Below are positions 27,255 through 36,900 of a stretch of DNA of 54,755 bases, piece by piece. The translations under genes were made by a program, and so were the position numbers. The notes under the pieces are model-generated. The model had not been told where the DNA came from, did not search any database, and saw only the letters and a program-made list of their open reading frames with translations. Within the stretch, counting starts at the first letter, position 1; every line of letters starts with the position of its first letter. This stretch comes from a virus (lineage: Duplodnaviria > Caudoviricetes): positions 1-54,755 of IMG/VR virus record IMGVR_UViG_3300025276_000039. One strand, given 5' to 3'.

Positions 27255-27275
27255 AATGAAAAAGAATAAAATTAA

Positions 27276-27515
27276 ATGGATATTATTAGAAAAATTGTTA
27301 TTGGACAAAACCCCAAGGACGCAATGGCCTACTTTGTGGGGCAGCGCGCTGGTGGGGCAATCGTGGATTCTATCGTATTAGACGAAAGAGTATTTGCTAA
27401 ACACGGAATTCGTCGCTACCTTGTATACTTATTTGATACAGAGAAAGGTATAACACTATGGAAAACCATAGACGACATGCCATGTTTAATTGAACACGAT
27501 TGCGACTTTGAATGA
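27276..27515 (+). CDS. Conserved-looking phage protein upstream of GroES
   Basis: IIRKIVIG..PKDAMAY.VGQ...LWK...MP..IE.D. Confidence 0.75.
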   Translation: MDIIRKIVIGQNPKDAMAYFVGQRAGGAIVDSIVLDERVFAKHGIRRYLVYLFDTEKGITLWKTIDDMPCLIEHDCDFE

Positions 27516-28162
27516 AGCCTCTTAAATATTTTATTGTAGATATACCTAAAACAACAGCGGATACATTCACTGTTGGCGAGAAAGAATTTTTTCTTGATTC
27601 TAAGTTTAATGAGTTTGAACATAGGGCTATGGAAGGCCTGGTTCATGCCGTGCCCACTAAGTATAAAACTGGAGTAAAGAAAGGAGACACTCTTTATTTT
27701 CATCACCACGTAACCCTTGGGGGTAACCACTTAACCTTACCAGAGAACGAAAAGCAACTAAAGGCCACCGAAAGAAAAGGTCAGTATGTACATGGCTATA
27801 AGGATCTATATTATGTGATGTTTGATGGGGGACAGGATCCCTTTTTCTGTCAAGCCTACGCTTACAAAAGCAAAAAGACAGGGAAGATAAAACTATTAGG
27901 GGAGTGGATCTTCTTAGTTCCTGGAGAGCAAGAGCCAGAACTTAAAAGCAGCATCATTCAATTACTACCTCAAAAGAAACCAGACTCGAATCAATATGGT
28001 TATGTAAAGTTTGGATCAAGCAAACTAAAAGAGTTAGGTCTTGACGTGGGTGATAAAGTCTATATAAGAAAAAACATGGACTACGTTATGTATGTTGATG
28101 GGGAAAAGTTATTTAGAACATACGTAAACCACATCTATGGCAAAGTCAAAAGCGAAGTATAA
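27512..28162 (+). CDS. groES: Tandem (two-domain) GroES-like co-chaperonin
   Basis: GLVHAVP...VKKGDTLYF and GYVKFG...GLDVGDKVY...VDGEKL. Confidence 0.75.
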   Translation: MKPLKYFIVDIPKTTADTFTVGEKEFFLDSKFNEFEHRAMEGLVHAVPTKYKTGVKKGDTLYFHHHVTLGGNHLTLPENEKQLKATERKGQYVHGYKDLYYVMFDGGQDPFFCQAYAYKSKKTGKIKLLGEWIFLVPGEQEPELKSSIIQLLPQKKPDSNQYGYVKFGSSKLKELGLDVGDKVYIRKNMDYVMYVDGEKLFRTYVNHIYGKVKSEV

Positions 28163-28433
28163 CAATGTAATCACTGCTGTGAGTTTAAAGGAGGCTATGC
28201 AAATAGCGATACATCATATGATTAGCGAGATACAAAAGCCTGTAGATCAGGACTTAAGCGGGTCTCAAAGAAAAGCAGAACTCCAAGCAATAAAACAAAC
28301 AGCCGTTGATGCTAAGGAATTGATTGTTGAAAGAGAAAGACTAGAGCAGTTAATTAAAACACTCCAGGACAAAGGAGAGTTAAAAGAAGAGCAGGATTAT
28401 TCAGGTGGATTTGCAGAAAAATACTCTAAATAA
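28137..28433 (+). CDS. Putative terminase small subunit
   Basis: Small helical protein shortly upstream of TerL; positional inference. Confidence 0.5.
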   Translation: MAKSKAKYNNVITAVSLKEAMQIAIHHMISEIQKPVDQDLSGSQRKAELQAIKQTAVDAKELIVERERLEQLIKTLQDKGELKEEQDYSGGFAEKYSK

Positions 28434-28439
28434 AAAACC

Positions 28440-28997
28440 ATGATTATAGTCGACGACTTTATAAAAGACAAAACTCTTTTAGAGAACATAGCCAAAGACA
28501 AAAAATTCTTTGATAATAATGGTCGGTACTATTGGTATGATGGATGGTGGGTCGAAAAGCCTAACACGCTGAAGAAAAAACTTATAGAAAATATATGGGG
28601 TTATCAGTCGCCTTATCATGACGTTAGTGTTTGCGGATTTGAATACTGGACAGGACAGTTAGGTCCACAAATGACGCATAAAGAGTTACCGGCACACATA
28701 GACAAAGATGAGGCCGAATATGAAAAAACTGGCAAACAGATAACGCCAACGATAGGGACTGTTTTTTATCCAATACCCATGGACATAGAGGGTGGGGAAT
28801 TAGTTATATATTCAAATGGAGAAAAAGCACCTGAGATTGTAAAGCCCGTTTTTAATCGATTAATAATATTTCCAGCGGGTCAACATGCACACAAAGTAAA
28901 CATTGTAAATCAAGGACTTAGGTCGGCTATAGCAATAAACTTATGGAAAAAAAAACCATCTGTACAATTTTTAAAAGAACCTATACAGTTTATGTAA
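28440..28997 (+). CDS. 2OG-Fe(II) dioxygenase (prolyl-hydroxylase-like)
   Basis: HxD (HID), GGEL, FNRLIIF, distal H, R.AIAIN. Confidence 0.85.
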   Translation: MIIVDDFIKDKTLLENIAKDKKFFDNNGRYYWYDGWWVEKPNTLKKKLIENIWGYQSPYHDVSVCGFEYWTGQLGPQMTHKELPAHIDKDEAEYEKTGKQITPTIGTVFYPIPMDIEGGELVIYSNGEKAPEIVKPVFNRLIIFPAGQHAHKVNIVNQGLRSAIAINLWKKKPSVQFLKEPIQFM

Positions 28998-28998
28998 T

Positions 28999-31095
28999 AT
29001 GTCTGGACTAATTACAATTGATGAAGATGTTCTGGTAAACATTTGCCCAGATAATTCGTCGGGTAAAAATGTAGTTATAGCAGAACTAGATATCCAACTT
29101 CCCAAGCAACCTCCCAAGAACAAAATATTATTTAATAACTTACCAAAATCAGAACAGCGGTGGCAGAGAACACCATTGCCTGAGGACCTAAGGAAAGTAA
29201 CCTCTATGGAGGAATGGTTAACAATGCCTGAATCGTTCAGGAAGGTACACACATCTTATATTGCACAAGAATATGAAAGACGACGAAGTGGTGTTTGGTT
29301 CTACAACAACGGACTACCCACCTATATCACAGGCAACCACTACTTCTTTTTACAGTGGTCTAAAATTGACATCGGATATCCAGACTATCTGGACTTCCAG
29401 CGTGAACTCTATATACACCTTGAGGCCTGCTCACAAGATCCTAGATCGTTAGGTCAGGTATATGTAAAGTGTAGGCGTTCAGGATATACAAATATGTCCG
29501 CATCAATACTGGTAAACGAAGGGACTCAGGTAAAAGAAAAACTATTAGGCCTCATGTCTAAGACCGGTGCGGACGCTCAGGAGAACATCTTTATGAAAAA
29601 GGTTGTCCCTATTTATAAAAGCCTTCCATTTTTCTTTAAGCCAATTCAGGATGGAACCACTAACCCCAGAATGGAACTAGCATTTAGGGAGCCATCAAAA
29701 AGAATAACAAAAAAGAATAAAACATCCAAAAGCGGAGAGGCTTTAAATACAGTAATCAACTGGAAGAGCACAACTAATAATGCATACGACGGAGAGAAAC
29801 TTCACATTCTATATTTAGATGAGGCGGGAAAATGGGAAAGGCCTACTGACATCCGAGAATCCTGGAGGATCCATAGGACGTGCCTGCTGGTCGGTAGAAA
29901 GATTGTGGGCAAAGCATTAGTAGGGAGCACAGTTAATCCCTTAGACAAAGGCGGAAGGCAATACAGGGACCTGTATGAAGCAAGTAACCCACTAGAGAGA
30001 AACGAAAACGGAAGAACACGCAGCGGTTTATACTCTATTTTTATTCCATCACACGATGCACTAGAAGGATTCTTTAACGAGTATGGCCTACCTGTTGCAG
30101 AAGATCCAGAGACCCCTGTTCCATCTAATGACGGAGAGTTTATTGAGATAGGCGCTCGGACATTTTTAAAGAACGAAAGAAAGGCACTAACAGGAGACTC
30201 CTATGAACTTAACGAAGTAATAAGGCAGTTTCCGTTTACAGTGGCTGAAGCATTTAGAGATAGCGCAAAGGCATCACTGTTTAACGTTCAGAAGATATAC
30301 GAACAGGTGCAGCACAACCAGGAGATGTTTCCTTCCCCTGTTCTTGTTGGAAACTTTGTTTGGAACGAAGGGGTGCAGGATACTCAGGTTATGTTCAAGT
30401 CCGATCCCAATGGAAGATGGAGAGTATCATGGCTTCCTCCTGACGAACTAAGGAACCTACCAAAACCATCTAATGACTGGCTTGGGTGTGGAGGCGTTGA
30501 CTCCTATGATATTGATGCCACTGTTGATGGTAGAGGTTCTAAAGGTGCTTGTCATTTATATAATAAATTTAACATGGCTCACCCATCTAATACTTTCGTA
30601 GCCGAGTACGCATCTAGACCTCCCTTAGCAAAAATATTCTATGAGGACGTTCTAATGGCATCTAAGTATTATGGCTTCCCTATTCTTATAGAGAACAACA
30701 AATACGGTATAGCCAGGCATTTTGAGTCAAGAGGTTATTCAGATTGGCTAATGGAAAGACCTACACATATTGGGTCTGGCTTTGGAACTAAGACAAAGAC
30801 AAAAGGTATACCATCAAATTCTCAAGACATAATTCAGGCCCATGCTCAGGCTATCGAATCTTATGTACATAACTACGTGGGCCTCAACGAGGAAACATTA
30901 GAGTACGGAAATATGTATTTCGAAAGAACGCTCGAAGACTGGGTGAACTTCAAGGTAGACGATAGAACAAAGTTTGACCTCTCTATTTCTAGCGGCCTTG
31001 CACTCCTTGCAGCCCAAAGCACACCTAAGAAAAAACCCCAATCTGACATGAACTTAAAGAAATTCTTTAGACCCGGTCAGATAATTATACGATAA
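28999..31095 (+). CDS. terL: Terminase large subunit
   Basis: KCRRSGYT Walker A-like, LYLDEAGK Walker B, GST, GVDSYD nuclease motif, IENN. Confidence 0.92.
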   Translation: MSGLITIDEDVLVNICPDNSSGKNVVIAELDIQLPKQPPKNKILFNNLPKSEQRWQRTPLPEDLRKVTSMEEWLTMPESFRKVHTSYIAQEYERRRSGVWFYNNGLPTYITGNHYFFLQWSKIDIGYPDYLDFQRELYIHLEACSQDPRSLGQVYVKCRRSGYTNMSASILVNEGTQVKEKLLGLMSKTGADAQENIFMKKVVPIYKSLPFFFKPIQDGTTNPRMELAFREPSKRITKKNKTSKSGEALNTVINWKSTTNNAYDGEKLHILYLDEAGKWERPTDIRESWRIHRTCLLVGRKIVGKALVGSTVNPLDKGGRQYRDLYEASNPLERNENGRTRSGLYSIFIPSHDALEGFFNEYGLPVAEDPETPVPSNDGEFIEIGARTFLKNERKALTGDSYELNEVIRQFPFTVAEAFRDSAKASLFNVQKIYEQVQHNQEMFPSPVLVGNFVWNEGVQDTQVMFKSDPNGRWRVSWLPPDELRNLPKPSNDWLGCGGVDSYDIDATVDGRGSKGACHLYNKFNMAHPSNTFVAEYASRPPLAKIFYEDVLMASKYYGFPILIENNKYGIARHFESRGYSDWLMERPTHIGSGFGTKTKTKGIPSNSQDIIQAHAQAIESYVHNYVGLNEETLEYGNMYFERTLEDWVNFKVDDRTKFDLSISSGLALLAAQSTPKKKPQSDMNLKKFFRPGQIIIR

Positions 31096-31105
31096 TTAAT
31101 TGAAG

Positions 31106-31113
31106 TATATTTG
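31106..31113 (+). promoter_or_regulatory. -7 element TATATTTG
   Basis: Intergenic, upstream of the portal gene. Confidence 0.7.
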
Positions 31114-31133
31114 CAACATTACCCTCATTGAGT

Positions 31134-33572
31134 ATGAACAATCAATATAACAAGGGACAGTCTTCTTTCCCAGACCCATTAGCAAGCACAGAAGAGAAGT
31201 TAGACAACTCGTACGGACTTCAATACGCAAAGTCTATGTTTGCTCAGTGGGTAGGAAGCGACTATTCAAATTCACTATACGGAAGAAGAAACGCTGAGAT
31301 CGAAAGATGTAGAGATTACGCACAAGGAACTCAGGACACTTCCATCTACAGAAAAATATTAAACTCATTAGATCCTAATGGAGGGGGAGGAACTCTTCTT
31401 ACTTTGGATTACACTCCTGTTCCTATCGTTCCTAAGTTTGTTAAGATAGTAGTAAACAAGATATTATCTAGAGCACCCTATCCAAACATAGAAGCGGTAG
31501 ATCCATTATCAAGATCTGAGAAAGACAAAAAAAAGAACGCTACGATTTTAAAGATTGAGAACAAGCAGATGCTCATGGAAGCAAAAGAACTTGGTCTTGA
31601 TATAGACGTTGATCCAGAGAATCTCCCAGACACGCCTGAGGAGACTGAGATATTTATTGATACAAATGTTAAGACAGACGCTGAGATTGCTGCTCAATTA
31701 GCAACAGAGATGACGTTAAAGTGGAACGACTTTGGTGAGGCAATATATAGAAGATGCGTAGAGGACTTAGCGGTAACCGGATTAGGAATTGCCAGAAGAT
31801 CTAATGATCCTAATTATGGTATTAAAGAGGAGTACGTAGATCCTGCAAAGTTTATTCACAACTGGACTGATGATCCAAATTTCACAGACCTTACTTACGC
31901 TGGCAACTTCCGTTACATAACAATAATGGAACTAAAAAGAATTGCAAGAGATCAGTTTACTGAAACGCAATATGAAGAGATTGCCAAAACGGTAATGAAC
32001 AAGTACGGTAATCAACCTGATCAGTTCTCAACATCTACTCAGTCTGGCTATAGCCGATCAAATAACAAGTTCCAACAGGGATATGATGAGTACAAGGTTG
32101 AGGTTATGGAGTTCGAGTTCATGTCTGTTGACGATGTGATCTTCGAAAAGAAAGAATCAGCCTACGGTAATATTGGTTTTTATTATAAGGGAACGGAGTA
32201 TAACGCCCCTCAACAATCTGTATATGACAGAGAGGCTGTATACATGAGCAATGCTACGGTATACGGAGGGACATTAATTGTTGGTACTGATCACCTATAT
32301 AACTATGGGGCTAAAAAGAACATCCCTAAAAATGTTCATGACATTAGCCGTGCGAGATTATCATACAGTATTGTTGCCACTAACATTAGAGGAATGATAC
32401 CTAAGTCAATGGTGTCATCTGTAATTGGGTTTGCGGACATGTTACAAATAACTCATTTAAAGATTCAACAGTCAATAGCCAAGGCAAAGCCCGATGGACT
32501 TATTATAGATATCGAAGGACTAGAGAATGTTCAACTAGGTAAGGGGGGAGCATTACAGCCTCTTGAGATACAAGATATCTATGAGCAGACTGGTGTGTTT
32601 TATTACCGGTCTAAAAACCCAGAAGGAGGATTTCAAAACCCTCCAGTAAGGGAGATAGGTAACGCCATTAGAAACATTGGAGAACTAGTAAACATATACA
32701 ATCACTACCTCCGAATGATCCGAGATGCCACAGGTATTAACGAAGTAATGGATGGCACTACTCCAAAAGGAGACTCTTTGGTAGGAGTGAGAGAGCAAGC
32801 AATGGCGGCAGGTAATAATGCAATATATGATATTACTAATGCTGCACACGTATTATACAAAAAGGTATGTGATGATATTGTTCGCTGTTTGCAAATTATT
32901 CCTAAGGATAGTATTCTTTACAACGTATACACCAATGCAGTAGGAGATACAAACATGGCGGTTCTTTCTTCTTTTGATAACCTGGCTATGTACAACTTCG
33001 GAGTGATGGTTGTTACGGAAATGAATGACAGAGAAAAGGCATATCTAGAACAGAACATTCAGATTGCTTTAGGTCAAAAAGAAATAGATCTTGAGGACGC
33101 TATTGCTATTAGACAATTACGCGACGTAGAACAAGCGGAAAGATTGTTAGTAGTAAGACGTGCTAAGAGAATAAAGAGTCAGCAAGAGCAAGCACAGCAG
33201 CAGATGCAGATGCAAACTCAAATGAATTCTCAGTCTCAACAAATTGCAGCACAGGCTGAAATGGAAAAAGACCAAATGAGATCTCAACTAGAGATACAGC
33301 GGATGCAGTTAGAGGGACAAATAAAGACTCAACTAATGGAACTAGAGTATCAATACAAAATGCAGATTGAGCAACTTAAAGGCCAATACGATATTGTTGA
33401 GCAAGAAATAGAAAGTGGAGTTAGACAGGCTGAAAACTCAGAGTCAGAGAATCGTAAAGACGAAAGGATAGACAGACAAGCCATGGCTCAAAGTAAACTG
33501 ATAGCGCAAAGAAAAGGTGATCGACCTCCATTGGACGAGACCCTGTCTGGTGCCTTAACTAATATGCAATAA
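31134..33572 (+). CDS. Portal protein
   Basis: ~812 aa directly after TerL; TGINEVMDG motif; Gln-rich C-terminal coiled-coil barrel. Confidence 0.88.
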   Translation: MNNQYNKGQSSFPDPLASTEEKLDNSYGLQYAKSMFAQWVGSDYSNSLYGRRNAEIERCRDYAQGTQDTSIYRKILNSLDPNGGGGTLLTLDYTPVPIVPKFVKIVVNKILSRAPYPNIEAVDPLSRSEKDKKKNATILKIENKQMLMEAKELGLDIDVDPENLPDTPEETEIFIDTNVKTDAEIAAQLATEMTLKWNDFGEAIYRRCVEDLAVTGLGIARRSNDPNYGIKEEYVDPAKFIHNWTDDPNFTDLTYAGNFRYITIMELKRIARDQFTETQYEEIAKTVMNKYGNQPDQFSTSTQSGYSRSNNKFQQGYDEYKVEVMEFEFMSVDDVIFEKKESAYGNIGFYYKGTEYNAPQQSVYDREAVYMSNATVYGGTLIVGTDHLYNYGAKKNIPKNVHDISRARLSYSIVATNIRGMIPKSMVSSVIGFADMLQITHLKIQQSIAKAKPDGLIIDIEGLENVQLGKGGALQPLEIQDIYEQTGVFYYRSKNPEGGFQNPPVREIGNAIRNIGELVNIYNHYLRMIRDATGINEVMDGTTPKGDSLVGVREQAMAAGNNAIYDITNAAHVLYKKVCDDIVRCLQIIPKDSILYNVYTNAVGDTNMAVLSSFDNLAMYNFGVMVVTEMNDREKAYLEQNIQIALGQKEIDLEDAIAIRQLRDVEQAERLLVVRRAKRIKSQQEQAQQQMQMQTQMNSQSQQIAAQAEMEKDQMRSQLEIQRMQLEGQIKTQLMELEYQYKMQIEQLKGQYDIVEQEIESGVRQAENSESENRKDERIDRQAMAQSKLIAQRKGDRPPLDETLSGALTNMQ

Positions 33573-33574
33573 CA

Positions 33575-33982
33575 ATGGCCTGTAACACATGTAACCAATC
33601 TTCCTCTGCTTGCAGATGTCAAACCCCAAAGAATGTAGATCTTTCTGCGGCTACTCAATTAAACATATGTTGTAGAAGGGCGAACACTTTTATTCTTAAA
33701 GCAAACGTAAAAGACTCAGCAGGTACCGCTATTGACCTGACCCTTTATACATATGAAATGCAAGTAAGGGAATACGACAATGGCCCTTTGATTATTTCAA
33801 ACGCAAACATAACCATCACAGGAACGGCCGCTGGGCTTCTTAATATAACTATTACTGACGCTGTCATGACCGTTGATGCAGGGACTTATGTTTATGGTGT
33901 AGAGTTTAACCTAACAGCGACTGGGGAAAAAGAAACTTGGTTCTATGGAACATTCGATGTACAGCAAAATATTGTAAACTAA
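33575..33982 (+). CDS. BppU-like fibre attachment protein
   Basis: IDLT.Y...MQVR...G.YVY...GTF.V pattern; immediately before the fibre gene. Confidence 0.6.
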   Translation: MACNTCNQSSSACRCQTPKNVDLSAATQLNICCRRANTFILKANVKDSAGTAIDLTLYTYEMQVREYDNGPLIISNANITITGTAAGLLNITITDAVMTVDAGTYVYGVEFNLTATGEKETWFYGTFDVQQNIVN

Positions 33983-33985
33983 ATT

Positions 33986-36900
33986 ATGTCAAACCCAGGA
34001 CCTATCGACATTATTATAACTGAAAAGCCTGCACCTGTAGTAACCATAACTGAAAAGCCTGGAGATGTAGTAACCATTACTCAGCCAAAGCCTATATCTA
34101 TTGATATTAATAATGGAGCCGTAGAGCAACTTGTTGGATCAAAAGGTCAAAAAGGTGCTCAAGGAGAGAAGGGTACGAAAGGTGAGGTAGGTCCTAAAGG
34201 GGCGGAAGGTACTAAAGGTTTACAAGGGGTCAAAGGAGAAAAGGGTGAGAAAGGTCTTGATGGAGATGGAGACAAGGGAGCGAAAGGACAAGACGGTCAA
34301 AAAGGTGAACAGGGTGCTTCAGTAAAAGGACAGAAAGGTGAAGAGGGTTCTGATGGAGACGATGGTGCTAAAGGACAAAAAGGTCAAGAGGGTGCTTCAG
34401 TAAAAGGACAAAAAGGTCAGCAAGGTGATTCTGTCAAAGGACAAAAAGGACAAGATGGCGCTTCAGTAAAAGGTCAGAAAGGTGAGGCCGGTACTGATGG
34501 AAGCGATGGAGGCAAAGGACAAAAAGGACAAGATGGTCAAAAAGGTGAGGCCGGTACCGATGGAGACGATGGAGCCAAGGGTCAGAAAGGACAACAGGGT
34601 CTATTGCCTGCTGCAACATATGAGTATGTATTTAGCACTGATGTATCAGGAAACCCTGGTACTGGTAAGGCTAGGTTCAATAATGCGACTCAGAATACAT
34701 CTACCTCTGTTGTTATAAACTCTACTGACAAAAATGGAGACACTATCCCTACCCCAAGCGCTGGGTCGGTATTGGTAAGATCTGTAGCCACATCTACAGA
34801 CTTTGTAAACTTTAACATTAATAGTGTTGCAATTGATACAGGAATAATAACCTGTACTGTTAATGTACAAGGCAGTAGCGCAAATAGTCCATTTAGTAAT
34901 GGAGAAGAAATAACTTTATCTTTTGCCGAAGGTGGAGCCAAAGGTGAAGTCGGACAGAAAGGACAAGACGGTCAGAAGGGCGAGAAAGGTCAAGACGGTG
35001 CTTCAGTAAAAGGACAAGATGGTCAGAAAGGTGAGCAAGGTGCTTCAGTTAAAGGACAAAAAGGAGTGGCTGGTGCTGATGGAGGCGATGGAGGCAAAGG
35101 ACAAAAAGGACAAGATGGTCAGAAGGGTCAAGATGGCGCTTCAGTCAAAGGACAAAAAGGAGTGGCTGGTGCTGATGGAGGCGACGGAGGCAAAGGACAA
35201 AAAGGACAAGATGGTCAGAAGGGTCAAGATGGTGCTTCAGTTAAAGGACAAAAAGGAGAGGCTGGTGCTGATGGAGGTGATGGAGGCAAAGGACAAAAAG
35301 GACTAGATGGTCAGAAGGGTCAAGATGGCGCTTCAGTCAAAGGACAAGATGGTCAGAAGGGTCAAGATGGTGCTTCAGTCAAAGGACAAAAAGGAGAGAA
35401 AGGTGAAAAGGGAACCAGGGGTCAGAACTCTGCGAACAGTTATCCCTATAACTTTAGAACAGATACTTCTGGGAACCCAGCCGATGGGGACCTAAGAGGA
35501 AACGAAACAAATCAGAACGCATCTACCAGAATTGTTCTCAATCAAACGGATGGTGATGGTTTAACTATCCCTGCGGTGGGTGCTAATCAGGCAGGAACTA
35601 TAACCATAAGAGGTGTAGAAACCCAAACAAACTTCTTGACGTTCGACTTTAGTGGAGGCGATACTGCCTCTGGAGAAGTAGAACTTACTGGATCTATTAG
35701 TGCTTCAAGTGCCACCAGTCCTTTTACTGACAATACATCAGTCACTGTTTCTTTTGTGTTTGATGGAGCCAAAGGAGAGAAAGGTCAGAAAGGACAAGAC
35801 GGTCAAAAGGGAATAGATGGCACTTCTGTTAAGGGTCAGAAAGGTGCAGAAGGAACTTCTGTTAAAGGACAGAAAGGCCAAAAAGGAACAACAGGAGCAC
35901 AAGCACCTAATGTATTCCCTTATACTTTCAAAACAGACACATCAGGAAATCCTGGTGCTGGAGAACTTCGGGGTAACCAATCCACACAGAACACATCAAC
36001 ACGGATTGTCTTAAATCAAACCGATGGAGATAATGTAACTATCCCTGCCGTTACTGGATCGCAAGCAGGTACTGTTGTCATTTCAGGAACAGCGGAAAAT
36101 TCTGGGAACTTTTTACAGTTTTTATTTACTGAAGGTTCTACTACTGGTGGAGAGATAGAACTCTCAGGAACAATGTCTTCCTCTAGTGCTGCTAGTCCGT
36201 TTAGTAATGACGACACTGTCAATGTTGCGTTTCAGTTTGACGGAACAGATGGCGCTAAAGGTGAAAAAGGTCAAGACGGTGCTTCAGTAAAAGGACAGAA
36301 AGGTGCAGCAGGAGCAGATGGGACCTCTGTTAAAGGACAAAAGGGAGTGGCCGGTACTAATGGTGACGATGGCGCTAAGGGTATTAAGGGTCAAGACGGT
36401 GCTTCAGTTAAAGGACAAAAAGGTCAAGATGGTGCTTCAGTTAAAGGACAGAAAGGACAAGATGGCGCTAAGGGTATTAAGGGAGAGAGGGGTGAGAAAG
36501 GAATTGCAGGAACAAACGCTGCCAATATATACCCTTATACTTTTAAAACAGATACCTCAGGAGACATGGGTTCTGGTGAACTTCGAGGTAATCAGTCCAC
36601 ACAAAACACTTCTACGAGAATCAAGTTGAATTCCACAGATGGAAACAATACGACTATCCCCACTCCGACGGCTCCAGGTTCTGTAACCTTACGAGAAGTA
36701 GAGACAGAAAGTAACTTCTTAATCTTTGCATTTAGTACAGTAACTGTAGATGCTGATCAGATAGAATTAGAAGGTAGCATAAGCGCCTCAAGCGCGTCTA
36801 ATCCTTTTGATGGTGAAGATAGTATTACTGCCTCATTTGTTTTTGATGGATCGGACGGTGCAAAAGGTCAAAAAGGACAGGCGGGAGCAGACGGGGCTTC

